The notes below the pieces were generated by a model, which worked only from the letters and a program-made list of their open reading frames with translations, searched no databases and was not told the origin of the DNA. The translations under genes and the position numbers were made by a program. Positions 1-9,609 of a stretch of 64,000 bases of DNA are shown here, one piece after another. The stretch's first letter is position 1. Every line of letters begins with the position of its first letter. Source of the stretch: Klebsiella pneumoniae (GTDB lineage Bacteria; Pseudomonadota; Gammaproteobacteria; Ga0077536); NCBI GenBank assembly GCA_945876945.1, contig CAMCQE010000003.1, forward strand, positions 5,446-69,445, read 5' to 3'.

Positions 1-217
1 CGATATCCGCGATGCGACCCACTACCACGCCGCCCATTTTGACCGGAGAGCGGACTTGAAGCCCGCCAATATTGTCGAAATAGGCGCGCACTTCGTAGCC
101 TGGTGGCGCCGAGAAGTCCGCTAGGTTGGCGACTTTCATGGCCAGCATCAGCAGGGAGGCCAAGCCGAGCGCCACAAAAACGCCAACAGAAATTTCAATC
201 AGGCGGGGATCTTTCAT
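1..217 (-). CDS. mlaD: MlaD-like MCE-domain protein, N-terminal part only (gene runs off the left edge of the window)
   Basis: Not in the ORF track because it is truncated by the window edge. Manual minus-strand translation from the ATG at 215-217 gives MKDPRLIEISVGVFVALGLASLLMLAMKVANLADFSAPPGYEVRAYFDNIGGLQVRSPVKMGGVVVGRIADI. That is an N-terminal TM anchor followed by the start of an MCE domain. It lies directly downstream of mlaF-mlaE, as in the canonical mlaFEDCB order. Confidence 0.75.
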   Translation of the reverse strand, partial: MKDPRLIEISVGVFVALGLASLLMLAMKVANLADFSAPPGYEVRAYFDNIGGLQVRSPVKMGGVVVGRIADI

Positions 218-224
218 CTCATCC

Positions 225-1004
225 TCAGTTGAACATCAAGCCGGTCAATACAAAATCCAGACTGAGAATCGCGAGCGAGGAGTGCACCACCGTACGCGTG
301 GTTGCCGCGCTTACCCCTTCTGAGGTTGGCACCGCGTCGTAGCCCTCGAAGACCGCGATCCAGCTCACCACAGCACCAAACACCAAACTTTTGACTACGA
401 CGCCGTTGAAGACGTCCTGAATTAGCAGGACCTTGGCCTGCATTTGTGACCAGAACGCACCCTCATCCACCCCAAGCAAGCCGGTCCCGCAGAAGTAGCC
501 CCCCAGAATGCCAATCGCCGTGAAAATCGCGGCCAATAGCGGCATCGAAAGCACCCCGGCAACGAAGCGCGGCACGACCACACGGGCCATCGGGTCGACG
601 GCCATCATTTCCATGGCGCTGAGTTGTTCGGTTGCTTTCATAAAGCCGATTTCGGCTGTGAGGGCAGAGCCGGCGCGACCCGCGAACAGGAGGGCGGAGA
701 TGACCGGACCGAGTTCTCGCAGCAGGGATTTCGCCACCACCACGCCTAAAGAGGCCTGGGCGCCGAAAGTGACCAGCGTGTTGTAGCCCTGCAGGCCCAG
801 CACCATGCCGACAAAACTGCCGGAGACCACGATGATCAGCAGCGACTCCACGCCCACCGACCACATCTGCTGCAAGAGCAGGCGCGGCCTGAGCAACAGG
901 CCGGGGATACGGATGAGGACACTCAAGAGGAACAGATGCCCCCTGCCCAAGCGCTCAAAGAGACCCAGACTCAATCGCCCGAGTGTGGCGAGTAGCGGCG
1001 TCAA
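225..1004 (-). CDS. mlaE: Phospholipid ABC transporter permease MlaE
   Basis: 259-aa polytopic membrane ORF, colinear by eye with E. coli MlaE ([20 protein letters not shown]; [27 protein letters not shown]). The start is TTG at 1002-1004 and overlaps the mlaF stop. Confidence 0.85.
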   Translation of the reverse strand: MTPLLATLGRLSLGLFERLGRGHLFLLSVLIRIPGLLLRPRLLLQQMWSVGVESLLIIVVSGSFVGMVLGLQGYNTLVTFGAQASLGVVVAKSLLRELGPVISALLFAGRAGSALTAEIGFMKATEQLSAMEMMAVDPMARVVVPRFVAGVLSMPLLAAIFTAIGILGGYFCGTGLLGVDEGAFWSQMQAKVLLIQDVFNGVVVKSLVFGAVVSWIAVFEGYDAVPTSEGVSAATTRTVVHSSLAILSLDFVLTGLMFN

Positions 1005-1822
1005 AGCGGAGTCTCCAGCAAGTCGCCCAGATACGGGCGGGATGGGAAGTGGAACGGCACCGGGCCGTCGGGTAGACCGCCAATGAACTGGCGGACCATC
1101 GGGGAGTCGGAATCCCGCAATTCGGCCGGCGTTCCCGCCCCGACAATTTTGGCGCCCGCCATAATAAACAGGTAGTCAGCAATGGAGCTGGTTTCCGCAA
1201 CGTCGTGCGAGACGATGATGCTGGAGAGTCCCAGCGCGTCATTAAGTTCGCGAATCAGGCGCACCAGGATGCCCATAGAGATCGGGTCTTGACCCGCAAA
1301 CGGCTCGTCGTAAAGCACCATTGTGGGGTCCAGCGCAATGGCCCGCGCCAGCGCCACGCGCCGCGCCATGCCGCCGGAAAGCTCCCGGGGGTAGAGATCG
1401 CGCGCGCCGCGCAAGCCCACCATTTCCAGTTTCATCAGCACCAGACTCCGCAGAATCGACGGCGGCAGCCGGGTATGTTCGCGGATGGGGAACGCCACGT
1501 TTTCGAAGACCGTTAAATCGGTGAGCAACGCGCCGTTCTGGAACAACATGCCCATGCCTTTGCGCAACTGGTACAGGCCGTCACGGGAGAGCGTCTGGAC
1601 GTTAGCCCCGTTCACCTCGACGCTGCCTTGCTGAGACGCGAGTTGCGCGCCAATCAAACGTAAAAGCGTCGTTTTGCCGCTACCGCTCGGTCCCAGGATG
1701 GCGGTGACCTTGCCGCGCGGGATATCCAGATCCACGCCATCGAAGATCGCCCTCGAGCCCCGCCGGAAGTGCAGATTTCGAATACGAACGATTGAATCAG
1801 GGCCTGAGCGTGGGCTGTTCAT
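1001..1822 (-). CDS. mlaF: Phospholipid ABC transporter ATP-binding protein MlaF
   Basis: Walker [13 protein letters not shown] signature [14 protein letters not shown], Walker [16 protein letters not shown] at 1820-1822. 4-nt overlap with mlaE. Confidence 0.85.
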   Translation of the reverse strand: MNSPRSGPDSIVRIRNLHFRRGSRAIFDGVDLDIPRGKVTAILGPSGSGKTTLLRLIGAQLASQQGSVEVNGANVQTLSRDGLYQLRKGMGMLFQNGALLTDLTVFENVAFPIREHTRLPPSILRSLVLMKLEMVGLRGARDLYPRELSGGMARRVALARAIALDPTMVLYDEPFAGQDPISMGILVRLIRELNDALGLSSIIVSHDVAETSSIADYLFIMAGAKIVGAGTPAELRDSDSPMVRQFIGGLPDGPVPFHFPSRPYLGDLLETPL

Positions 1823-1921
1823 GACTGCCTTCCGGGGGCCCTTAGTCTAGAGCCCTAAAGGCACCGCCGAAACCATCAATGTGGGCAGCAATGCCGAAAA
1901 ATCGATCGGCTGGCGCCCGGC

Positions 1922-2992
1922 GTGCAAATGCGCGACCGTATGTGCCTTTTTTGGCGTCCGGTTTGCCCGGAGGAGGCGCTGGTGGATTGTATTCAGGACA
2001 TCGAAGTCGAAAGCCTCGGCCATGGCGGCTGGCGGCTGGGCTGGCAACCAAACTTCAGCGCCCGAGCGGTGGCGGTGTATTGGGGGACTCAGCCGGACGC
2101 TATCGACCCAACTGCACTCGTCAGTGGCGCGCACGGCACGGCCGAGTTGAGGCTGCCCGCAGCTTGCGTGCGCCCCTATTTCGAACTCGTCGCCGAGGAC
2201 GGTGCCCGGATCGTGGTAGCCGAGCGTCAGGTGCCGCTGGAGGGAGGGGTTAACTTCAGGGATTTGGGCGGTTACCAGACTCGCCACGGCACCCGGTTGC
2301 GGTGGGGTAAGTTGTTTCGCTCAGGCCATATGTCTCGCCTGACGGCGGCCGACCAGACTTTGTTGACGGCGCTGGGCATTCGGACAGTCTGCGATTTCCG
2401 GATGGCCGAAGAGCGCGCGAACGAAAACGCCACCCTCAGCTGTGAGCCCACGCTGGAAACCCTGGGAATTCCGCCCGGCCTCAAGGACCGCTTTTTCCTC
2501 CATCGCCTGTTTGAACAGACCGATGACCCGGAGGTGGTGGTGGAGGCGATGCACGAGATCATGCGCTCGCTGATTCTCGAGTGCGCCCCGCACTACGCGC
2601 GGCTGTTTGACGCGCTGTTAGGGGCCGCCGACGGCAGCGTCCTGATGAACTGTTCTGCGGGCAAGGAGCGGACCGGCGTGGGGGCGGCACTGCTCCTCCT
2701 CGCCCTCGGTGTTCCGCGCACCACCATCCTGTACGATTTCGCGCTCTCGCGACGCTATTTCCCGGCAGCTTCCGAATTGCCGCGGGCGCGCGAGAAGTAC
2801 AATGTTCAGGAACGACCCGGCCGCGATGTGGAAGCGCTGATGGCGCCGCTGCTCTTCACGCGCGAGTCGTATCTGGAAGCCGTGTTCGGTGTGATCGACG
2901 AGCGCTACGGCGACGACGACAGCTTTCTGCGGCAAGCAATGGGCGTGGGTGAGCCAGAGCGGGCTCGTCTGCGTGATCGCTTCACGTCTTGA
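1922..2992 (+). CDS. Protein-tyrosine/dual-specificity phosphatase-like protein (Y_phosphatase3-type) with about 110-aa N-terminal extension
   Basis: CX5R P-loop NCSAGKERTG. The NFRDLGG motif typical of the start of the catalytic domain of this family is present. The true start is uncertain; several Met codons lie at 1922-1940. Confidence 0.7.
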   Translation: MQMRDRMCLFWRPVCPEEALVDCIQDIEVESLGHGGWRLGWQPNFSARAVAVYWGTQPDAIDPTALVSGAHGTAELRLPAACVRPYFELVAEDGARIVVAERQVPLEGGVNFRDLGGYQTRHGTRLRWGKLFRSGHMSRLTAADQTLLTALGIRTVCDFRMAEERANENATLSCEPTLETLGIPPGLKDRFFLHRLFEQTDDPEVVVEAMHEIMRSLILECAPHYARLFDALLGAADGSVLMNCSAGKERTGVGAALLLLALGVPRTTILYDFALSRRYFPAASELPRAREKYNVQERPGRDVEALMAPLLFTRESYLEAVFGVIDERYGDDDSFLRQAMGVGEPERARLRDRFTS

Positions 2993-3010
2993 AGGGAGAG
3001 ACGACAAACT

Positions 3011-3748
3011 ATGAGCACGCTGTACAGCGATAACGATAAATACGCATGGCAATCGACGTTCGCAATCGTCGAGGCATACAACGCAGCCGTGAAAGATCTG
3101 GTGCGCCAGCGCTTCGCCGAATTTGCCGGCGAGTGGAACGACTTCGTTGCCGGTCCAGCCTACGACGTGATTACCAAAGCCGACATCGCGGCGATCGAAG
3201 CGAAACTGCTGGCCAACGGCTACCGCTTTGAGCCCTCTGCCATGTCTTCGGCGGCCGAGCGCCCGCATGCCTATCGTGACTCCGGGGTGAATCTCGCGGA
3301 CTTTTCGTTCGAGCATCCTGCCGCGCCCACCGCCGAACCGGATGGCGAAGGGCGCGAACTGCGCGGTGTGGGCGATAACGTGGTCTCCCGCAAGACCGAC
3401 CTCATCGGCATCGCCCGCTACGTGCGTACGAGTGACAAGGTGCTCGAGTACCTCACGCAGGGCGTCCCGCCCAATACCATCGCGGTGGTTGAAGACTCCG
3501 GCGGCACGCTCACCGCGCCGGTGTTGGAGAAATTTACGGGCGTTCTTTGCGCGGGCGGCACGACGCGTTCGCACCTTGCAATTCTCACCCGGGAATACGG
3601 CATTCCCTGCCTGATGAACGCGCGCTTGTCGGGCATCCGCGACGGCGACAGGCTGATGCTTGAAGTCACCGCACGCGCCAAAACAGCCGACGACTACCAG
3701 ACCGGGGCCGACGTTTCTGCCCGTGTCTTTCGTCTGCCGCCAGCCTGA
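3011..3748 (+). CDS. Stand-alone PEP-utilising-enzyme mobile (phosphohistidine swivel) domain protein
   Basis: The C-terminal ~85 aa carry the swivel-domain signature AGGTTRSHLAILTREYGIPCLMN (compare GGxTSHAAIxAR..GIP in PpsA/PPDK/EI). The N-terminal ~150 aa are unassigned. SD-like GAAGGGAGAG sits just upstream of the ATG at 3011. Confidence 0.7.
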   Translation: MSTLYSDNDKYAWQSTFAIVEAYNAAVKDLVRQRFAEFAGEWNDFVAGPAYDVITKADIAAIEAKLLANGYRFEPSAMSSAAERPHAYRDSGVNLADFSFEHPAAPTAEPDGEGRELRGVGDNVVSRKTDLIGIARYVRTSDKVLEYLTQGVPPNTIAVVEDSGGTLTAPVLEKFTGVLCAGGTTRSHLAILTREYGIPCLMNARLSGIRDGDRLMLEVTARAKTADDYQTGADVSARVFRLPPA

Positions 3749-3770
3749 TTAGCGAGAAGGAATCGACATC

Positions 3771-5321
3771 ATGTCCGAACCGCAACTGACTTATGCCCAA
3801 CTGCTGGAAACCAATAACCTCATCCAGCAGAACGCCGATGAAACCTACTGGCTGTGCGCCACCCGCACGGTGCAGGAATCCAAAATCTTTCCGGTTTCTG
3901 CCTACATTCTGTTTTCCTATCTGAACTGCTGGTATCGCTATCCCGAACTGCTGCGCAAAATCGAGCGGCACATGTCGGCCGAGGAAATCGGCGATCGGGC
4001 ACGCAATCAGGGCATCAAGATTGTGGCCTGGTGTCTGCCCTGCTTTTATCTTCTGGGGCGCGAGATGCTCATCAACTGGGGGGTTATCACGCCGAGCGAC
4101 GGGGTGAAGGATCTCATCTACACGCTCGACTTCTGGAAGCGCTTCCAACTGTCCTGGCATCGGAACAACGGCAACCTGATTAACCGGCAGGCGGGCCATC
4201 GTGCCCAGGTGTTGCCCGAGCAGCGATTGCAGGTTTTCCACGCCGATGCGTTTGAGTGCCGTGACGGCGATCCCCTGCACAAGGCGGCGCAGTCGTTTCT
4301 GGCCGCTGCCGCCCAGTACGGATTTCTGGTGTCCTGCGAGAGCCGCCTGACGCTGCATAACCATGGTCCTTACCGGATTTCGGATAAACGCGAAATGCTG
4401 GTGCGCGACTTCCTCGAGCTCTCCGAATCAACGGTCCCCTGGCTCGACGGCGTCGGCGGCGAAATCCCCTACAACAACCTCACGGTGACCATGATTCTCG
4501 AGGGCTGCCACATCAACCTGCTGGACGATTGGGGCTCCTTCGAATCTGAACCGGAGATGCGTGCGGAACACATGGTGGGCGTTGGGTTGTATACCGCCGA
4601 CACGCTATCTGAAGGCCACATCCCGGTGGGCATGGGCAGCAAGGAAGAGTTAACCGCAACCTTTATCGACTTAACCGATCGCATCAAAAATGCGACCGCC
4701 GCCCTCTGGCGCGAAATGGCCGGCTGGACCCGCGATCAACAGCTTGATGCGGGCGCGATTACCTACTACGCCGTGATCCGTGAGTTCGCCCTGATCGCCG
4801 GTTGCTACGAGATGGAAGACTGGATGCTGATCGACGAACGTGCGGAGCGCTTCCGGCCCTTGCTGAACGATGAGTACGGCAATCTGTTCCTCGGCGAACT
4901 GGTTGGCTACATCAGTTCGCCCAGTCAGCGGATGCACGACTACACCATGATGCAGCACACCGATGCGCCCACCCGCTCGCTCTCCTATATCCCTTATTCC
5001 ATTTTGGAGGATGGCAACTACACGCCGTCCGTCGGGCCGATGCGTCCGGGTGACAGCTATTTGCCGCGCAAGAACGATCGGTACCGCACCACGCAGGGCG
5101 TGTTCAGTCTGGAAGAATTCATGCGCCGCTCGCGCGAGTTTGTGCCGCAGGTGTGCCAGCCACAGTATCGATACCTCTGCGCGGACTGGGTGAAATACAA
5201 CGCCCACACGCCGCTCGCCGAAGCCCTTTTCAAGCTTGAACAACAGCATTCTCGCGTGCTGAAAGACGCCGGCGCCGGGCTTCGTCGTGATGACGTAGAA
5301 ACTCGGCGCAACCAGACTTGA
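3771..5321 (+). CDS. Hypothetical protein, 516 aa, no recognisable family
   Basis: Long uninterrupted ORF with SD-like GAGAAGGAA before the ATG at 3771 and tight spacing to both neighbours. Trp/Tyr/Cys-rich, with no motif I can place. By eye it has more A/T at third positions than the flanking genes. Confidence 0.6.
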   Translation: MSEPQLTYAQLLETNNLIQQNADETYWLCATRTVQESKIFPVSAYILFSYLNCWYRYPELLRKIERHMSAEEIGDRARNQGIKIVAWCLPCFYLLGREMLINWGVITPSDGVKDLIYTLDFWKRFQLSWHRNNGNLINRQAGHRAQVLPEQRLQVFHADAFECRDGDPLHKAAQSFLAAAAQYGFLVSCESRLTLHNHGPYRISDKREMLVRDFLELSESTVPWLDGVGGEIPYNNLTVTMILEGCHINLLDDWGSFESEPEMRAEHMVGVGLYTADTLSEGHIPVGMGSKEELTATFIDLTDRIKNATAALWREMAGWTRDQQLDAGAITYYAVIREFALIAGCYEMEDWMLIDERAERFRPLLNDEYGNLFLGELVGYISSPSQRMHDYTMMQHTDAPTRSLSYIPYSILEDGNYTPSVGPMRPGDSYLPRKNDRYRTTQGVFSLEEFMRRSREFVPQVCQPQYRYLCADWVKYNAHTPLAEALFKLEQQHSRVLKDAGAGLRRDDVETRRNQT

Positions 5322-5334
5322 GTGGAGATGCCTC

Positions 5335-5940
5335 ATGAATAACGATTTGCACTGGGTGATGCACGGCGTTGCGATCCGCAAGCACGGGAGTGCGCATGAC
5401 ATCGCCGCTATTTGTGGCTTGCCCGAAGCGCGGGTAAACGAAGTGCTGGCTACCGCTGCTGCCGGCGGCAGAGTGGTGGAATCAGAGGGGCGTTATCTGC
5501 TGTCGCCCGCAGGCCAACTCATTCTGGCCAGTGATTACTCGCGCTTCTGCGGACCGCTACGCGCCAATGCTGGCTTTCATTCCGCGTATGAACGTTTCGA
5601 GCGGATAAACGTCGATCTAAAACAGCTCATTACGGATTGGCAGACGGTAGAGTTAGGTGGCAAACGCGTCCCCAACGACCACGCTGATGCCGCCTATGAC
5701 CGACGCATCATCGACCGCCTTGGCGACCTGCATGAACGCTTTGAGCCGATTCTTCGTGCCTTGGTGGCCGGCGCGTCTCGCTTGCGCGTGTATCAGGACA
5801 AACTGATGGCAGCGCTGGAGTCTGCGGAAGCGGGCGACGTGGCCGCGGTCAGCGATGCCCGCACCGACAGTTACCACACCGTATGGTTTGAACTGCATGA
5901 AGACCTGCTCCGTTTGATGGGGCGGCAGCGCGAAGAGTAA
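5335..5940 (+). CDS. Hypothetical protein, 201 aa, possible N-terminal winged-helix domain plus helical C-terminal domain
   Basis: GGAG lies 8 nt before the ATG at 5335. The N-terminal segment HGSAHDIAAICGLPEARVNEVLATAAAGGRVVESEGRYLLSPAG resembles a wHTH. No firm family assignment. Confidence 0.5.
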   Translation: MNNDLHWVMHGVAIRKHGSAHDIAAICGLPEARVNEVLATAAAGGRVVESEGRYLLSPAGQLILASDYSRFCGPLRANAGFHSAYERFERINVDLKQLITDWQTVELGGKRVPNDHADAAYDRRIIDRLGDLHERFEPILRALVAGASRLRVYQDKLMAALESAEAGDVAAVSDARTDSYHTVWFELHEDLLRLMGRQREE

Positions 5941-6010
5941 TCAATTAAAACGCCTGGCCGCTGGCGGGCGACGAACACCTGACTGAACTGGATTTGAAGG
6001 GGAATTAACG

Positions 6011-6793
6011 ATGGGTCGTCTGAACGGAAAGATTGCATTAATCACGGGCGCGGGCACCGGCATTGGACGGGCTTGCATGGTGATGTTTGCCAAAGAGGGT
6101 GCGACGGTGTTCGGGGTTTCCCGCACGCAGGGCAATCTGGATGAATCTTTGCGTCTGACCCATGCGGCTGGCGGACAGGGCAGCGTCTTCAGCGCGGATC
6201 TTTCGCAACCCGAACAGGTGGAAGCGGCGATTAATCAGTGCGTGGCGAGCTATGGTCGGATCGATATCCTGCTGAACGCTGCCGGGGTGGGGTACAACCT
6301 TCGCGAGACCAGCGAAGGCTCCATGGACCCGGTTCACAGCACGCCGATCGATAAATGGCGCGAGGTCATGGCGCTGAATCTGGATAGCGTGTTCTATGTC
6401 TCTCGTCTCGTGATTCGTCAGATGAAAACCCAAGCCAAGGGCGCCATCGTGAACGTGGCGAGTATCTTTGGCCTTGGCGGTGCGCCGGATGCCCATACCT
6501 ACACGGCGACCAAAGGCGCCATCATCAACCTCACCCGTTCCATGTCGGTGGCCTATGTCGACGACAACATCCGCTGCAACGTGGTGGCGCCGGGTTTTGT
6601 CGCAACGCAGATGGTGGAGAGCGTGATTCCGATGCTGTTCTCGGCAGAAAACCCCAAGCTGATCTCCCCGATGGGCCGGCCCGCAACGCCTGATGAAGTC
6701 GCCTACGCCTGTCTCTATCTGGCGTCCGACGAAGCCTCGTATTGCACTGGCAGCGTGCTCACGGTGGACGGCGGCTCGACCGCTCGCGCCTGA
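6011..6793 (+). CDS. SDR-family oxidoreductase
   Basis: Cofactor motif TGAGTGIGRA, catalytic YTATKGA and the NAAG motif. 260 aa, typical of a classical SDR. Confidence 0.85.
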   Translation: MGRLNGKIALITGAGTGIGRACMVMFAKEGATVFGVSRTQGNLDESLRLTHAAGGQGSVFSADLSQPEQVEAAINQCVASYGRIDILLNAAGVGYNLRETSEGSMDPVHSTPIDKWREVMALNLDSVFYVSRLVIRQMKTQAKGAIVNVASIFGLGGAPDAHTYTATKGAIINLTRSMSVAYVDDNIRCNVVAPGFVATQMVESVIPMLFSAENPKLISPMGRPATPDEVAYACLYLASDEASYCTGSVLTVDGGSTARA

Positions 6794-6815
6794 GCTCAAG
6801 CCTCCCACAGCCGCC

Positions 6816-7331
6816 ATGGAATACGTCAGCACCAAACGCTACTACTGCCCACAATGCGGCGTGGACGCGCTGGAGAGTCTGGACAACAAACTCTACGGTT
6901 GCTCGCGCTGCGGGCACACGTATTTCCACAATACGGCGGTTGCGGTCTCGGCAGTGATTGAGCATGAAGGGCGTATTGCCTGGATTACCCGCGCGCGCGA
7001 ACCCGGCGCGGGATTGCTCGACTTGCCGGGTGGTTTTGTCGAGCGCGACGAGTCGCTGGAAGAAGCGGTGTTGCGTGAAACCCGGGAGGAAACCGGGTTC
7101 ACACCCTGCGAACCGCGCTACCTGTTTTCAATCCCTAATCGCTACATTTTTCACGGCGTGCGATACAGCACTGTGGATGTGTTCTTCGGTTGCCGCCTGC
7201 TGGATTTGGGCCATTTCGTCCCGAACGATGAAGCGTCGAATCTGGAATGGATGAGGCCCGAGTCGGTAGATCTGGGCCGTATCGCCTTCGAATCGACACG
7301 CCTCGCGCTCGCCAAGCTGCTGAAGCCCTGA
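6816..7331 (+). CDS. Nudix hydrolase with N-terminal zinc ribbon (NudC-like architecture)
   Basis: CPQCG-X17-CSRCG zinc ribbon followed by the Nudix box GGFVERDESLEEAVLRETREETGF. I start it at the ATG at 6816 (MEYVSTKRYY) rather than the track start at 6693, which overlaps the SDR gene. Confidence 0.8.
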   Translation: MEYVSTKRYYCPQCGVDALESLDNKLYGCSRCGHTYFHNTAVAVSAVIEHEGRIAWITRAREPGAGLLDLPGGFVERDESLEEAVLRETREETGFTPCEPRYLFSIPNRYIFHGVRYSTVDVFFGCRLLDLGHFVPNDEASNLEWMRPESVDLGRIAFESTRLALAKLLKP

Positions 7332-7513
7332 GGGCTTAACACTTTTTCTATTGATGCTCGCCGTCGGCATACTGCTGCATCAGCTCGACGCCGCTCGCGT
7401 TCTGCGCGATCAGCGTCGCCAAGCATTCAACTTTCTGACCGACGTTGTGGCCAGCTTGACGTTAGTCGCTGGCGCCCGACAATGCGGTGACCATCGCGAA
7501 GGATTTTAGTGAC

Positions 7514-8467
7514 ATGAGCAACGCAGGCGAACGACTTCCGGGCACGCCCACTCCCATGCATCGCTGGTTGGGTGCGCAGGGCGTGACCATTGCCGGCGAC
7601 AGCTGGGGTGATCCGGAGGGCCCGCTGGTGCTCCTCCAGCACGGCGGTGGGCAGACCCGCCACGCCTGGAAGAATGTAGGCGAGGCCTTGGGGGCGGTCG
7701 GTTATTACGCGGTAGCGTTTGATGCTCGCGGTCACGGCGATTCGGACTGGGCTGCTGATGGCGTCTACGGTCAGGACATCATGGTTGAGGACCTTGCCTG
7801 TGTGCTGCGAGCGCTGGGCAGGCAGCGCGCGGTACTGGTGGGTGCGTCGATGGGCGGTGCGACGAGCCTGGTCGCCGTTGGCGAGGATCGGGTCGATGCA
7901 ACGGCGCTCGTGTTGGTGGACATCGCGCCCCGCATCGAGCCTGAAGGCGTGGAAAAAATTCAGGCCTTCATGAATCAGCGACCTGAAGGCTTCGATTCGC
8001 TGGAAGAGGTCGCGCAGGCCATTGGCGCCTATCAGCCACACCGGAAGCCGCCGAAGGATCTGGCGGGGCTGGCGAAGAATCTTCGGCTGACGCCTGAGGG
8101 CAAATATCGTTGGCACTGGGACCCGCGTTTCATGACGCTCCGACGCGAAATGGACAAGCGCCTGGTGCGTCTTGAAGCCTGCGCGTCAGCGCTTGAGTTG
8201 CCGACCTTGCTGGTGCGAGGCGGCCTGTCTGATGTCCTGAGCGAAGAGGGGGCGGCGGCCTTTCTGGTGAGCTGTCCGCACAGCGAATACGTGAATATCA
8301 CGGACGCCGGGCACATGGTGGCGGGCGACCGCAACGATGTATTCGGCAAGGCCGTGATTGATTTTCTCGCCCGCACCGTGCCGGTATCTGGCGCGCCAGT
8401 CCATGCGGCGCATGAGCTGCATCCGCATCATCAGGGTTTGCCGGGGGATGTGACTGACGTGCCCTGA
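7514..8467 (+). CDS. Alpha/beta-fold hydrolase
   Basis: LLQHGGGQTRHAW oxyanion region and nucleophile elbow GASMGG. The track ORF starts at GTG 7487; the ATG at 7514 is the alternative used here. Confidence 0.8.
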   Translation: MSNAGERLPGTPTPMHRWLGAQGVTIAGDSWGDPEGPLVLLQHGGGQTRHAWKNVGEALGAVGYYAVAFDARGHGDSDWAADGVYGQDIMVEDLACVLRALGRQRAVLVGASMGGATSLVAVGEDRVDATALVLVDIAPRIEPEGVEKIQAFMNQRPEGFDSLEEVAQAIGAYQPHRKPPKDLAGLAKNLRLTPEGKYRWHWDPRFMTLRREMDKRLVRLEACASALELPTLLVRGGLSDVLSEEGAAAFLVSCPHSEYVNITDAGHMVAGDRNDVFGKAVIDFLARTVPVSGAPVHAAHELHPHHQGLPGDVTDVP

Positions 8468-8476
8468 GGGGCTTGC

Positions 8477-9406
8477 TCAGGCGGCGCGGCGCCGCTCGGC
8501 CACGTACTCCATGCGAAGAAACACGTTGTTGGCGACCAGCGCGCTGACCACCAGTCCGGCGCCCGTCAGTTCCATCACTGAGAAGCGTTGGCCCTGTAAG
8601 GCTCTGAAGGCGAAGGTCATCACCGGCATGAAGTTGATAAACAGCGTGGCGTTCAGCGGACCAATGCGTTTATTGCCGAAATTCCACGCCAGCATCGAAA
8701 ACAACACGCCGGCAAAACTGAGATAGGCCAAGGACCAGCGCACGCTCCACAGGCCGTCAACGGTAGGGAGGCTCACGCTGCCGGCCGCCACCACACAGAT
8801 CGCGACGGCCAGATTGGCAAGCCCCCCGGGGACCATGGTTAACACGGTGATTCGCCAAATCGACCAGCCAGCTAAACGGGGCGTGCCCATGGTGTAGAGC
8901 ACCCAGGCGAGCGCCCCGAGGAAGACTAATCCGTTGCCCAGCATCTCCCCTGAAGTCTCTACCAGATGAAGCTCGCCTTTGGTGACGACCAGCACCACAC
9001 CGGCCAGCGCAACGCCGATGCACACGAGCGTAAACCCTGCCGGGCGTTTGGCTTGCAATACCCATTGCAGCACGGCGGCGATCGAAGGCTGTAAAGCGAC
9101 GATGACCACGGCATGTTCTGCGCGCGACATCGACATCCCGAGAAAAACCAGCGTGGGCGAGGCGCTCATGCCGATAAGTCCGAGCGCCCAGGCGGATTTC
9201 CATTGTTTGCCGAAGCGGAGTGCCGAGAGGCCTTCAAGCCAGACGAGCACCGGCAGCATCACCGCCAGCGCCACCAGATACCGCAGCGCGGTGGATGTAA
9301 AAGGATCAATAACGCTGAACAGGTCTTTCGCGATGGGCAGCTGGGCACCCCAGATCGCCACGGCCGCGAATGCGGCCATAAAGCCTGCTAGAAAAGAGTT
9401 TTTCAA
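8477..9406 (-). CDS. DMT-superfamily (EamA-like) transporter
   Basis: About 10 hydrophobic segments in two EamA-like halves, 309 aa. The start is either TTG 9406 or ATG 9379. Confidence 0.8.
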   Translation of the reverse strand: MKNSFLAGFMAAFAAVAIWGAQLPIAKDLFSVIDPFTSTALRYLVALAVMLPVLVWLEGLSALRFGKQWKSAWALGLIGMSASPTLVFLGMSMSRAEHAVVIVALQPSIAAVLQWVLQAKRPAGFTLVCIGVALAGVVLVVTKGELHLVETSGEMLGNGLVFLGALAWVLYTMGTPRLAGWSIWRITVLTMVPGGLANLAVAICVVAAGSVSLPTVDGLWSVRWSLAYLSFAGVLFSMLAWNFGNKRIGPLNATLFINFMPVMTFAFRALQGQRFSVMELTGAGLVVSALVANNVFLRMEYVAERRRAA

Positions 9407-9609
9407 TCGGAAGCTCTGCGGTCAGCGACAAGGCGAGGGGTCAAAAGTAAAAACCATCGAGCCGCGAGGGCCGTAACGAATTGTGGCCGTAGTCTACGGG
9501 CCCCTTCGATGCTTTCACAGTTGTGCAGTGCAGACTGTTGTCAGGGTCCCTAAATAAAGTACTTTGCGACGCTGACGCCCCTTCGCGCGGTCAGCAAACC
9601 CAAGAATCG

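Noticed and set aside
7335-7440. A coding-looking minus-strand frame ending ..KVECLATLIAQNASGVELMQQYADGEHQ* in the spacer before the alpha/beta hydrolase gene.
   Set aside because: An in-frame TAA lies about 34 codons upstream of the stop, and there is no ATG, only a TTG giving about 24 aa. At best it is a gene remnant, which is not supportable as a feature.
9516-9540. Short inverted repeat ACAGT-N12-ACTGT and TGCAG TGCAG direct repeat upstream of the RND exporter gene, a possible operator.
   Set aside because: The arms are only 5 bp, no adjacent regulator gene is present, and arms this short could easily arise by chance in a 200-nt spacer.
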